Source: an uncultured bacterium
GTDB lineage: Bacteria > Auribacterota > Erginobacteria > Erginobacterales > Erginobacteraceae
Direction: 5' to 3'
NCBI GenBank assembly: GCA_963822585.1
Contig: CAWGIE010000039.1
Location: forward strand, 64,001-128,000
Length of the DNA stretch: 64,000 bases
Made by a program: the position numbers and the translations under genes. Within the stretch, counting starts at the first letter, position 1; every line of letters starts with the position of its first letter. Below are positions 10,402 to 20,266 of the stretch, in pieces. Below the pieces are notes generated by a model that worked only from the letters and a program-made list of their open reading frames with translations, did not search any database and had not been told where the DNA came from.

Positions 10402-11568
10402 CTACCTCACCACTGGCACGTCGTCACTGCCACCGAAATACATCCTGGTCAATCCCCGGATCGCCCAGAGTCCGTTCGTATCTCTATAAATCCCCACACT
10501 CGCCGTTCCATTGCCCGCGTAATCTGCCGGGACCGTCCAATCACCCGAGGCCCCGAAATATATCCGGGTCAAATTCCGAACCGCCCAGAGCCCGGAAGCC
10601 GGGCGGAAGAGGGCATAATCCATTGAACCATCTCCATCATAATCTCCGGGAACTGGAAGGTCATTTTCTCCCCCAAAGTAAAACCTGGTCAGTCCCCGGA
10701 TTGCCCAGAGGCCGGTGGAGCCCCGGAAGATCCCAATATCGCAGGCACTGGATGAGTTATAGGATAGAGGTATGGGTATGTCCGATGAAGAACCAAAGTA
10801 GGCACGGGTAACACCCCGAATCGCCCACAAACCAACCTCCTGCCGGAAGATCGCCGGCGCGGCGGTTCCGTCCCCGTTATAATCGCCGGGCAAAGAAATA
10901 TCTGCCGCGGCACCGTAATAAATCCGAGTATATCCCCGCACCGCCCACAGCCCACTCTCTCCGCGGAAGATCGCCGGGTCGGTTGTTCCATTTCCGTTAT
11001 AATCTCCGGAAGCGGGACTATCAGCGGTCGTGCCAAAGTAAAACCGGCTCAGATCCCGGATTGCCCAGCGGCCGGTGAGGTTATTATAGAGGGTTATCTC
11101 CGAGGTTCCGTTGCCATCGTAATCACCACTTTGACAAATAAGAGGAGCGCTGGCCGTAAGTTCATAATCGATCCGAATCCCGTTCTCACCAACATAGTCA
11201 GCAGTATAGATAATTTCGCCTATCGGGAGATAGCCACTATGCTTGACCATGATATACAGAGAATCAAGCCAGCTATTACAGCCGACTAAATAGTATCCAT
11301 AATTGGAGGTAAGCATTGAACTGCAATATACCGGAGAGGGATCGGACCAAAGAATAGATACTAACGCATTCTCTAGCCGTTCCCCGGTAATCTTATCCGT
11401 GACAAAACCTTCAACTAAAGTGCTGCCAACAGAGGTTGGTGAAGGGCTGGGTGAAAGTTCCGGACTGGGGGTTGGAGTTTGTGCATAAGCATTAAAATTA
11501 CAAACTAATGAATTGCAAAACCAGATCGTTAAAAAGAGCAGGGACAACTTAATTGAATAAGATCTCAT
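10402..11568 (-). CDS. Secreted protein: signal peptide, carboxypeptidase-regulatory-like domain, C-terminal six-repeat FG-GAP-like domain
   Basis: GGAGG RBS before ATG 11568; AYA-Q cleavage-like site; VEGFVTDKITGERLENALVSI; six 40-aa repeats ending DVPVVR. Confidence 0.85.
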   Translation of the reverse strand: MRSYSIKLSLLFLTIWFCNSLVCNFNAYAQTPTPSPELSPSPSPTSVGSTLVEGFVTDKITGERLENALVSILWSDPSPVYCSSMLTSNYGYYLVGCNSWLDSLYIMVKHSGYLPIGEIIYTADYVGENGIRIDYELTASAPLICQSGDYDGNGTSEITLYNNLTGRWAIRDLSRFYFGTTADSPASGDYNGNGTTDPAIFRGESGLWAVRGYTRIYYGAAADISLPGDYNGDGTAAPAIFRQEVGLWAIRGVTRAYFGSSSDIPIPLSYNSSSACDIGIFRGSTGLWAIRGLTRFYFGGENDLPVPGDYDGDGSMDYALFRPASGLWAVRNLTRIYFGASGDWTVPADYAGNGTASVGIYRDTNGLWAIRGLTRMYFGGSDDVPVVR

Positions 11569-11734
11569 TATTATCCTCCCTTTGAGTATTAATTTCATAA
11601 ATGCTACTCAACGTCATACAGTGCTTCTATCGCCTCATCAGAGAGGGCCCTATCAAAGAGCTTAACTTCATCAATCTTTCCATTGAAATAAACACTGCTC
11701 CCATTTGTCCAATCCCTCCCAATTAACAAATTAT

Positions 11735-13207
11735 TAGCCAGGTGACACACCATTTTAGTCACTTTGTTGAGAATAACATGGCAACGAGGCTTAAATTAAT
11801 CAGCTCTAATTTGGTTGATAGAATGATTTGTTGGTGCGCAGCCTTCCCGGGGGGCCAGTGAGCGGAGCGAACTGGCCCCCCGGGAAGGCTGCTCGGTCCG
11901 ATTTTAATGAATCTGAATTTATTCGCTGAGGCGCTCCCTGGATATATGATAGACCACTTCACCTAAACACGGCTGATTGTTAGGCTCTTTTCTTCGCAAC
12001 CGGTAGAATCTTATCCGATCAGATCGAAGATCAATTTCACACCTTACCAGGCGATGAACCCAGTGCTTATCTACGCTGAATGTACGCCCGAGGAAGTGTA
12101 CTGAACCTTTCTCACTGGTCCGACGAATGTATATTATTTGCCCTCGCGGTAAAGTTTGCAGATTCAATTCCCATTCTTCCGGGAATGGCCGCCTTGGAGG
12201 TGCATCGGCAATTTTATGAGCCATACGATCTCGATAGGCCTTAACATAAAGATCAGATCGGCCCTTGAGATCTTCAATATCCCTATGTTGAAATCGACTC
12301 CATACTTTCGATTCCCACCGCCCGTTATAGTTCTCTATACTTGCTTGAAAGCCTCTTTCTCGCGGTGGAACAAAGACTGGGGTGACCCCCAGGCCAAGAC
12401 ACAAACGCATTACTCGACCAATTGAATCCTTGTGATGATGGGCTCCTTGAAATCGCGTATCATTATCAAATTGAGCATATTGTGGCAATCCACATTCTTC
12501 CCAATGTCCCGAAATCGACTCTACAGTTGCCTTGGCGCTGACTCGCTCCATCGGCCACGATCCAGGAAGCTTCCCATGAAGCGAGATTCCATTGAGGACA
12601 TCGACGTGAGTGCCTCCCTGGATAACCAGATCTTCCACCACATCAAAACTATCAAGCTCTGCCTCCCCTTTAGCTACGTCGGGCAAATACCAACCTGGAG
12701 TCGGCGCAGGCCTCCGGACGCGCATTTTCCCGTCCAGTTTCCCACGTCGCTTCAGGATGCGACCTATGGTGCGAGGACACGGGGCATCTTTGATACCCTG
12801 ACTGATCAACGCACGATAAATAGCCTCCGAGCCATATTCGCCAAGATCGCTGTCTTTACGCAGCTCCTTTCGAAGATCCAATATCTTGTCTTCAATGGCT
12901 ACCGACGTGCGGCGGATGTTTTTCGCCACCCGTGGCGAATCATTCCAATCAACCCGATCTAATCTTTGGCCTTCAGATTTATGCAACCAATACTGAATAG
13001 TACCCAAATAAACTTTATACTTAACCGCTGCTTTGCGTTGAGATAAACCATGTCTTACATCACTGACCATAGCTTTCCGGAATTCGGCCGGATAATTTTT
13101 TTGGACATATAAACCTCCACTAGTATTTTTTGGGGACTATAATAACATAGCCAGGTGACTAAGATGCTCTGTCACTTGAGTGACTAAGATGCTCTGTCAT
13201 GTGGCCA
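11735..13207 (-). mobile_element. Insertion sequence (DDE/rve transposase, IS481-like), ~1.47 kb
   Basis: Ends TAGCCAGGTGACACACCATTTTAGTCAC and (reverse complement) TGGCCACATGACAGAGCATCTTAGTCAC. A 20-bp sub-terminal repeat is doubled at 13155 and 13180. Duplicated target AATTATT at 11729 and 13207 (5-7 bp depending on end placement). Confidence 0.9.
11919..13070 (-). CDS. Transposase, integrase-core DDE (true start probably 13108 via a frameshift)
   Basis: HTH region (PCPRTIGRILKRRG) and catalytic-type motifs QFDND and QASIENYNG. Confidence 0.85.
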   Translation of the reverse strand: MVSDVRHGLSQRKAAVKYKVYLGTIQYWLHKSEGQRLDRVDWNDSPRVAKNIRRTSVAIEDKILDLRKELRKDSDLGEYGSEAIYRALISQGIKDAPCPRTIGRILKRRGKLDGKMRVRRPAPTPGWYLPDVAKGEAELDSFDVVEDLVIQGGTHVDVLNGISLHGKLPGSWPMERVSAKATVESISGHWEECGLPQYAQFDNDTRFQGAHHHKDSIGRVMRLCLGLGVTPVFVPPRERGFQASIENYNGRWESKVWSRFQHRDIEDLKGRSDLYVKAYRDRMAHKIADAPPRRPFPEEWELNLQTLPRGQIIYIRRTSEKGSVHFLGRTFSVDKHWVHRLVRCEIDLRSDRIRFYRLRRKEPNNQPCLGEVVYHISRERLSE

Positions 13208-13852
13208 ATTATTCGTTGGGATTGTACAGGTTGTAGTCTGCGAATTAATTAAGGAGCCGTTCTTATATGCTTTCAATGTGGCCCCATCATAGCTCATTGC
13301 CACATGAGTCCATGTATTCAAAGGGATACTTGTTGAAATAACTCTTGTCCCCTCGCTGCAACCCAAAAGATATTTAAATACCGTGTCTCCCTGCCAAAAC
13401 CTCATCACATAACCTTCCTGTAAATGGCCATCAAAGTATTTTGAATTCCCTATAACAGCATCTCCCATTCCCGTATAAGGTGAATGATATATCCAGGCAA
13501 CCACTGTAAAGGTATTAGTTTTCAAACTATCATCTTCACCACAATCAACATAATCATTACTACCGTCAAATAGGCCTGATCTTCCTATTTTCCCATCTTC
13601 TGCCGTGGTAGCTCCGTTTTTTGCCGTTCCATGATTTTCATTCCCAGAACTATCCATTACCTCGCCAGCGGTTCCATCCCAATATTGTTCATCCATATGC
13701 CATATAGCGATCGTTTTTTTTTCTGAAGGACAACACACCGGGAAATCAATGTATGATCCAAAATAACATCTGGGTATATCCTTCACCGCCCAGAGCTGTA
13801 TGTCTTCAGAACTTTCTGGACAGCTTAAGCCATTTTACTTTGGATAGTTTTA

Positions 13853-14863
13853 TCAGGTATAAACGCCTGCCGTTTGAACAAAGTTTACACTCTCCCTCAA
13901 GTTATAGGAATACCTTTTTCTCAGAGTCTCCCGCTTGATCTTCTCCCTTCTGGTCAGGATCTCCCTGGCTTTACCGAAGTACATATCCGCCGGCGTTACA
14001 TTATTGAGAGACTCATGATACCGGTGGTTGTTATAGTAATCTACGAAGTCAGCTATCGCCTGCTCCAGTTCCCCCGGCAGGTAGTAATGATTGAGCTTGA
14101 CCACATTTTTCATTGAACGGTGGTATCTCTCTATCTTGCCCTGAGTCATCGGATGGTAAGGAGCACCGCGGGTATGCTCCATGCCCAGGCCGTCCAGGTA
14201 ATATCTGAGTTCAGCAGAGAGATTACAGGGGCCGTTATCCGATAACAACCTCGGCCGATGCCTTACTTTCACACCATCAACTCCGGTCCTGGCGATAGCG
14301 TCATCCAGGACCTTCTTTACATCATCCGTCGCCATAGCCTTCGTCAGCTTCCAGCTGATGATATAGCGGGAATAATCATCCAGGACGCTGGTCAGGTAAT
14401 ACCAACCCCACCCGATCACTTTAAAATAGGTAAAGTCTGTCTGCCAGAGCTCGTTTATCCTTTTGGTCGGGTTCTTGAACTTGTCGGAAGCAGAGAGGAC
14501 GATATAGGCTGGACTGGTGATCAGGTCGAAAGCCTTGAGAATACGATACACGCTGGATTCGGAGATAAAGTACCCCTCAGTATCAGTAATATGACAGGCC
14601 AGTTCTCTCGGCGATTTTTCCGGATTTTGAAGGGCCAGGTCGACGATATTCGCCTTTTCATGTTCCGGAATACGATTCCAGAACCTTCTGGGGGTCGGAG
14701 GAACATCCGCCAGGGCTTCATAACCGCCCCTCCAGTACCGATCATACCAGCTGTAGTAAGTACTCCGGGGAATATCGAGTTCCCGTAACGTACGGGTCAC
14801 TGAGAGTTCGGAGCCTTCTACGGTGCGAATGACCTCCATCTTTTCTGTCTGGCTATATCTCAT
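13853..14863 (-). CDS. Transposase OrfB (rve integrase core)
   Basis: WQTDFTY, LDDYSR, LLSDNG and QGKIERYHRS DDE motifs. Confidence 0.93.
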   Translation of the reverse strand: MRYSQTEKMEVIRTVEGSELSVTRTLRELDIPRSTYYSWYDRYWRGGYEALADVPPTPRRFWNRIPEHEKANIVDLALQNPEKSPRELACHITDTEGYFISESSVYRILKAFDLITSPAYIVLSASDKFKNPTKRINELWQTDFTYFKVIGWGWYYLTSVLDDYSRYIISWKLTKAMATDDVKKVLDDAIARTGVDGVKVRHRPRLLSDNGPCNLSAELRYYLDGLGMEHTRGAPYHPMTQGKIERYHRSMKNVVKLNHYYLPGELEQAIADFVDYYNNHRYHESLNNVTPADMYFGKAREILTRREKIKRETLRKRYSYNLRESVNFVQTAGVYT

Positions 14864-15225
14864 CTGCCGCTCCAGCGAGATTCCAAACCATTCGCACTTT
14901 TTTTTAGTACCCGGTTCTTCAGAGACAGTTCGGCCACCAGCTGCTTCAGCTGCTCGTTCTCCTTACGGAGATCTCCCACTTCGCTGCTGGTGGCCTGTCT
15001 TTTCGTGTCACCCTGAAGCCGTTTCTTCCCGGCTTCCAGAAAGTCCTTGCTCCACTTGTAATAAATATTCTGTGAAATGCCTTCTCTACGGCATAATGCG
15101 GCGATGCTTTCCTCGCCCCTGAGTCCCTCCAGGACTATCCTGATTTTTTCTTCTGCAGAATATTTCCGTCGAGTCTTCCTTCTGATTTCCCTGACAATCG
15201 CTTCAGCCTTGGATTTCTCCTCCAT
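14860..15225 (-). CDS. Transposase OrfA (HTH_Tnp_1)
   Basis: RRKYSAEEKIRIVLEGL..SIAALCRREGI..YYKW plus a coiled coil ending VLKKS at the slippery site. Confidence 0.92.
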   Translation of the reverse strand: MEEKSKAEAIVREIRRKTRRKYSAEEKIRIVLEGLRGEESIAALCRREGISQNIYYKWSKDFLEAGKKRLQGDTKRQATSSEVGDLRKENEQLKQLVAELSLKNRVLKKSANGLESRWSGR

Positions 15226-15516
15226 CTGTCACCTCCTTTCGGAGGCGATTATATCTGAAACCATCTCTTAACTTTTAGGCCGATTTTGTCCAAGAGGATC
15301 TGACGTCATACAAACCCGATTTATAAATCGGGGTAATTTTGAACACCGCCCAGGCGGAAGTTTATAGTAACGGAATAAAGTTCGGACAGGCATGTCATCT
15401 TCATTCCCGATATCTCCCCAGCCCCTCTATCTTCTGACTCCTTGACTTCGGCGTCGTCTTCTGCTACTGTATGACCTCTCGCAATAGAGGCGATCAAGCA
15501 GAGAGGGTAACGTACA

Positions 15517-16866
15517 ATGGCTCTGACCGGACTGGACATCTACAAACTGCTGCCGAAGACCAACTGCGGGGACTGCGGGTCCCCCACCTGCCTGGCCTTC
15601 GCGATGAAGCTGGCCTCCAAGCAGGGTTCCCTCGAGAGTTGCCCTTACGTCAGCGAAGAGGCGAAAGCCGCCCTGGGGAGCGCCTCCCAGCCTCCCATCC
15701 GGCTGGTGAAGATCGGCGCCGGAGAGGCCGAAATCGAACTGGGAAACGAGACGGTCCTCTTCCGCCACGAGGAGACCTTTTACCACCAGACGGCCCTGGC
15801 GATCAGGGTCCGGGAAAAAGATCCGGAGATCGAATCCCGGCTGGACGCGATCGGGGAACTGCGCTTCGTCCGGGTGGGGGAGGAGATTTGCGTCGACCTC
15901 CTGGCCCTGGAGGAAGAATCGGGGAAACCGGAGGAGTACGCCGCTTTTGTGGAGCATTGCCGCGCCCGTACCCGCCTGGGAATGATCCTGGTCAGCGGTT
16001 CCCCCGCCTGCCTGAAAGCGGCCCTGGAGAAGGAGAAAGAACAGAAACCGCTTATCTCGGCGGCGACGGCGGAGAACCTGGATGAGTACGCCGAACTGGC
16101 CCGCACTTATTCCTGTCCCCTGGTGGTCAGGGGAAAGGGGCCGGAGGAGACCGCGAAACTGGCCACCCGGGCGCGGGAGAAGGGCGTGGAAGACCTGGTT
16201 CTGGACAGTTCCCCCGCCGGACTCCGGGAAGCGCTGGCAGACCAGGTGAGCATCCGGAGACAGGCCCTCAAGAAACAGTTCCGACCGCTCGGTTACCCGA
16301 CCATCGCCTTCACCGATCCCGGGGCCGACCCCTTTACCCAAGCCATGGAGGCGGCCGCCCTGATCGCCAAGTACGCCGCGATCTTGGTCACCGACCTCAC
16401 CCGGCCCGAGTACATCCTCCCCCTCCTCACCGCCCGGCAGAATATTTACACCGATCCCCAGAAACCGATCCAGGTGGAACCGAAGATATACCGGGTGGGG
16501 ACCCCCGATCGTTCATCACCGCTGATCGTGACCACCAACTTCTCCCTCACCTACTTCACCGTCGAGGGCGAGGTGGAGGCCAGCCGCGTCCCCGCCTACC
16601 TCCTGATCGTCGACACCGAGGGGACGTCGGTCCTGACCGCCTGGGCGGCGGACAAGTTCAATGCCGAGACCATCGCGAAAGCGCTGGAGAATTCCGGGAT
16701 CGAAAATGAACTCGATCATAAAACCCTCGTCCTTCCCGGCTACGTGGCGGTCCTCTCCGGGAAGCTGGAAGACGAATCGGGCTGGAAAGTTTTGGTCGGC
16801 CCCAAGGAAGCCTCGGGGATACCCAAGTTCTTAAAGACCACGTATAAAGAACTACTAAAATCTTGA
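15517..16866 (+). CDS. acsC: Corrinoid iron-sulfur protein large (gamma) subunit
   Basis: LPKTNCGDCGSPTCLAFA, IYTDPQKP, TTNFSLTYF and SVLTAWAA motifs. Confidence 0.97.
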   Translation: MALTGLDIYKLLPKTNCGDCGSPTCLAFAMKLASKQGSLESCPYVSEEAKAALGSASQPPIRLVKIGAGEAEIELGNETVLFRHEETFYHQTALAIRVREKDPEIESRLDAIGELRFVRVGEEICVDLLALEEESGKPEEYAAFVEHCRARTRLGMILVSGSPACLKAALEKEKEQKPLISAATAENLDEYAELARTYSCPLVVRGKGPEETAKLATRAREKGVEDLVLDSSPAGLREALADQVSIRRQALKKQFRPLGYPTIAFTDPGADPFTQAMEAAALIAKYAAILVTDLTRPEYILPLLTARQNIYTDPQKPIQVEPKIYRVGTPDRSSPLIVTTNFSLTYFTVEGEVEASRVPAYLLIVDTEGTSVLTAWAADKFNAETIAKALENSGIENELDHKTLVLPGYVAVLSGKLEDESGWKVLVGPKEASGIPKFLKTTYKELLKS

Positions 16867-16895
16867 GACAGACAAACATAAAACCCATGGGGCAT

Positions 16896-16981
16896 GATGG
16901 AGTGATGGAGTGTTGGAGTGATGGAAGAACGGCCGCCCCGCCGCCCAACACTCAATTACTCCATCACTCCAGCACTCCATT
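16896..16981. repeat. Hairpin built from 8-bp tandem repeats (TGGAGTGA arm / CACTCCA arm)
   Basis: gatggagtgatggagtgttggagtgatgg ... ccaacactcaattactccatcactccagcactccat. Confidence 0.85.
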
Positions 16982-16993
16982 CTGATACGCCCA

Positions 16994-18892
16994 ATGACAC
17001 TGCATACCATCACATTTCTACCCTCGGGGATAAAGGCCAAGGTTCCCGCCGGCACCACCATTCTGGCGGCGGCCGAGCAGGCCGACGTCAACCTCAACCC
17101 GGTCTGCGGGGGAGAAGGCACCTGCGGCAAATGCCGGGTGCTCGTCGTCACCGGCAAAGTTACGGCGCCGGCGACCACACTTCTGACCGCGGAAGAGGCC
17201 CGGGGCGGAAATGTTCTCTCTTGCCAAGCCATTATTCATTCCGATCTCACCGTGGAGGTGTCGGAGGGGACCGCCGCTCTGCAATCCCCGGAGGGGAGAG
17301 AAGAAACTTCCGGCCGGTTTCGTGATGCGGGAGATTTCAACCTGGCGGGCACGGACTTTCCCTTTCAGCCCCTGGTCAGGAATATCCCTCTCTCACTCTC
17401 ACCCCCGACACTGGAGGATCATCTGGACGACCTGGCGCGCCTTTTCCGGGGGATCCGGCAGGCAACCGGGATAACGCTCCCTGCTGTTCCTCTGCCGATC
17501 CTGAAAGAACTCCCCGTGCTTCTCCGGGATGCCGGATGGAAGGTGACGGCCACCCTGGCCGACTGGGGGGACACGGCGGAGTTGATCCGCCTCCACCGGG
17601 GGGCTACCCGGGAGCACAATTGCGGCATTGCCGTCGATATCGGGACCACCACCGTGGTGGCTCACCTGGTCGACCTCGACACCGGCCGCACGCTCGATGC
17701 CGCCGCCGCCTATAACTCCCAGATCAAATTCGGGGAAGACGTCATCAAGCGGATTATCCGTTCGGAGGAAGACGGGATCGAGCCCCTGACCGAGGCCGTC
17801 CGCAATGACATCAACAGCCTGATCGAACGGCTCTGCACGCAGACCGGCCGCGATCCCGAGAGCGTCTATGCCTTTATCTGCGCGGGCAATTCCACCATGA
17901 TCTCCCTCTTTCTGGGGATCACGCCCCGCAACATCCGAAGGGAGCCGTATATTCCACCATTGGCTGATCCGCCTTTCCTGCGAGCCGGCGAGTGCGGTAT
18001 CCGGATCAGGAAGAACGCCCCCTTATACTGCGTTCCCGGTATTGCCGGGTGGGTGGGTGGCGACATTACCGCCGGGATTCTGGCTTCCGGGCTCGATCAA
18101 TCGGAGAAACTCTCTCTTCTGATCGATATCGGAACCAATGGCGAGATCGTTGTCGGCAACAGCGAGTGGCGGTTAGCCTGTTCCTGCTCGGCGGGACCGG
18201 CTTTCGAAGGGAGCGGGATGTCATCCGGCTGCCGGGCGGTTCAGGGCGCGATCGATAAAATCGATCTCAAGGATAAAGAGGACGTCGAATACCGGACCAT
18301 AGCCGGCCAGCCACCAGTCGGGATCTGCGGATCAGGGCTGCTCGACCTGATATCCGAGCTCTTCCGGGTCGGGCTGCTGGGACGTGATGGCCGGTTCGAT
18401 CCCGCCGCATGGTCAAGCCGGATACGCCGGGATGACGGGGAGATCCGGTTCATCGTCGTCCCCCCGGAAAGGACAGCAACCGGGAAGGAGATATCGATCA
18501 GTCAGGCCGACATCGATAACCTGATCCGGGCCAAGGCGGCCGTGTACGCCGGCATCCTGGTGCTCCTGAAGGCGGTCGATCTCGATACGGACGACATCGA
18601 GCGCGTCTACGTCAGCGGCGGGTTCGGCAATTATCTCAATATCGACCGCGCTATCTGCATCGGTCTTTTGCCCGATATTTCCCGGGAGAAGATAACCTTC
18701 ATCGGGAACGGCTCGGTGCGCGGATGTAAGATGATCCTTCTCTCCAGGGAAGCGCGTGAGCGGGCCCCCCGAATCGCCGACGCGACAACTTATTTCGAAC
18801 TCAGTACCGATAACGCCTTCATGGATGAATATACCCGGGCGATGTTTTTGCCCCATACAGACGTGGAGGATTTCCCAAGCTGCAACAAATAA
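16994..18892 (+). CDS. acsV: Reductive activator of corrinoid protein (RACo/AcsV; 2Fe-2S plus ASKHA ATPase)
   Basis: CGGEGTCGKC ferredoxin, DIGTTT, DIGTNGE, SAGPAFEG and GICGSG motifs. Confidence 0.93.
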   Translation: MTLHTITFLPSGIKAKVPAGTTILAAAEQADVNLNPVCGGEGTCGKCRVLVVTGKVTAPATTLLTAEEARGGNVLSCQAIIHSDLTVEVSEGTAALQSPEGREETSGRFRDAGDFNLAGTDFPFQPLVRNIPLSLSPPTLEDHLDDLARLFRGIRQATGITLPAVPLPILKELPVLLRDAGWKVTATLADWGDTAELIRLHRGATREHNCGIAVDIGTTTVVAHLVDLDTGRTLDAAAAYNSQIKFGEDVIKRIIRSEEDGIEPLTEAVRNDINSLIERLCTQTGRDPESVYAFICAGNSTMISLFLGITPRNIRREPYIPPLADPPFLRAGECGIRIRKNAPLYCVPGIAGWVGGDITAGILASGLDQSEKLSLLIDIGTNGEIVVGNSEWRLACSCSAGPAFEGSGMSSGCRAVQGAIDKIDLKDKEDVEYRTIAGQPPVGICGSGLLDLISELFRVGLLGRDGRFDPAAWSSRIRRDDGEIRFIVVPPERTATGKEISISQADIDNLIRAKAAVYAGILVLLKAVDLDTDDIERVYVSGGFGNYLNIDRAICIGLLPDISREKITFIGNGSVRGCKMILLSREARERAPRIADATTYFELSTDNAFMDEYTRAMFLPHTDVEDFPSCNK

Positions 18893-18932
18893 TGGAAAAT
18901 ACGTGGTATCGCATACAACACAGGGAAAGATA

Positions 18933-19023
18933 AATGGAGTGATGGAGTGCTGGAATGATGGAATGATGGGACCCAGGATAGCCGGCGAGCCAATATTCCA
19001 TTACTCCAACACTCCAATACTCC
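18933..19023. repeat. Hairpin of 8-bp tandem repeats (same family as 16896)
   Basis: atggagtgatggagtgctggaatgatggaatg ... attccattactccaacactccaatactcc. Confidence 0.85.
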
Positions 19024-19097
19024 TTTTAAAAATATTTCAGGGATATTTCCCTCCCATCAAGTTCTTATAAATTAACTCATACAGGAGACCCAGTCTC

Positions 19098-20066
19098 ATG
19101 GAATCAGTAACTGAACGCTGGGCGGGGGCCATCAACACGGTGACCATTGGTGCGACGGCGGAAAACGGGGGAACCCGGGGATCGACCGTCACGGTCGGCG
19201 GCGAGACGACCCTCCCCTTTCTGCACTTTGAAGGATCCATCCCCCACCGCCCGACGCTGGCTCTCGACGTCCTCGATTACGCTCCCGACGACTGGCCGGA
19301 AACTCTGCGGGATCCCTACGGGGACGTACTGGGAGAACCGGCCGCCTGGGCCGCCCTCTGCGAAAAGGAATACGGCCCCGACCTGATCTGTCTTCGCCTG
19401 CGCAGTCTTCATCCGGACTGGGGTGACACATCCCCCGAACGGGCCGCGGAGACGGTCAAAGCGGTCCTGGAGGCGACCACCCTCCCCCTGATCATCTGGG
19501 GCTGCGACTCCCCGGAGAAAGACAACCAGGCACTGCCCCTCTGCGCCCTGGCCGCCGCTGGTGAGAACTGTTTGATCGGCTTCGCCACCGAGGATAATTA
19601 CAAGACCCTGGCCGCCGCCTGTTTGGCCGACAAGCACAAGATCGTCGCCCAGAGCCCGATCGACATCAACATCGCCAAACAGGTCAACATCCTCATCTCC
19701 GAAATGGGTTTCAACCCGGCCGACATCGTCATCGATCCCAACACAGGAGCTCTCGGCTACGGGATCGAGTATACCTATTCGATCATGGAGAGGATCCGGC
19801 TGGCCGCCCTGACCGGCGACAAGATGATGGCGATGCCCATCTTCTGCGACATCGGCGCCGACGCCTGGCGGGCCAAGGAAGCGAAGGCGCTGGAGGAGAA
19901 CTTCCCCGATTGGGGGAACGAGAAACTCCGAGGCCCCCTCTGGGAGGCGGTGACCGCCGCCATCCTTCTTCAGGCCGGAGGGGACATCATCAACCTCAGA
20001 CATCCTCAGGCACTGGCGAAAGTCAAAGAACAGATAAATGCGCTTATGGGCGACGCGAGCTCATAA
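19098..20066 (+). CDS. acsD: Corrinoid iron-sulfur protein small (delta) subunit
   Basis: VTVGGETTLPF, SPIDINIAKQVN and ALGYGIEYTYSIMERIRLAALTGD motifs. Confidence 0.96.
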   Translation: MESVTERWAGAINTVTIGATAENGGTRGSTVTVGGETTLPFLHFEGSIPHRPTLALDVLDYAPDDWPETLRDPYGDVLGEPAAWAALCEKEYGPDLICLRLRSLHPDWGDTSPERAAETVKAVLEATTLPLIIWGCDSPEKDNQALPLCALAAAGENCLIGFATEDNYKTLAAACLADKHKIVAQSPIDINIAKQVNILISEMGFNPADIVIDPNTGALGYGIEYTYSIMERIRLAALTGDKMMAMPIFCDIGADAWRAKEAKALEENFPDWGNEKLRGPLWEAVTAAILLQAGGDIINLRHPQALAKVKEQINALMGDASS

Positions 20067-20109
20067 AGCAATCGTATTTGCTAAATAACATTTTTATGCT
20101 TCGTTATAG

Positions 20110-20202
20110 GGGAGTGATGGAGTACTGGAATTATGGAGTAATGGAACCGGGCTCGAGCTCAAACTCCCCAATACTCCCTCACTCCAACACTCCATTACTC
20201 CA
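20110..20202. repeat. Hairpin of 8-bp tandem repeats (same family as 16896)
   Basis: ggagtgatggagtactggaattatggagtaatgg ... caatactccctcactccaacactccattactcc. Confidence 0.85.
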
Positions 20203-20266
20203 TGATGCTCCATATCGTTACCCTTGTATTTTTCAATAACAGCACCAATGTAAAAGGACAAGTTCC

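Larger units (their letters stand above)
11604..13796 (-). pseudogene. FG-GAP-repeat/LamG (concanavalin-like) protein gene, split by an IS at 11735-13207 and 5'-truncated by an IS at 13797
   Basis: Removing the IS restores ...TIPTNN-LLIGRDWTNGSSVYFNGKIDEVKLFDRALSDEAIEALYDVE* (stop 11604-11606). The fragment begins LWAVKDIPRCYFG, one FG-GAP-like repeat. Confidence 0.9.
13797..15312 (-). mobile_element. Two-ORF insertion sequence (IS3-family-like), 1516 bp
   Basis: Imperfect IRs TGTATGTCTTCAGAACTTTCTGGACA / TGTATGACGTCAGATCCTCTTGGACA; orfA-orfB with an A8G slippery run at 14897-14905; no target duplication. Confidence 0.88.

Noticed and set aside
13184..13786. Intact 200-aa LamG gene as given by the ORF track
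   Set aside because: Its last residues and stop come from IS sequence and its start is internal; it is treated as a pseudogene fragment.
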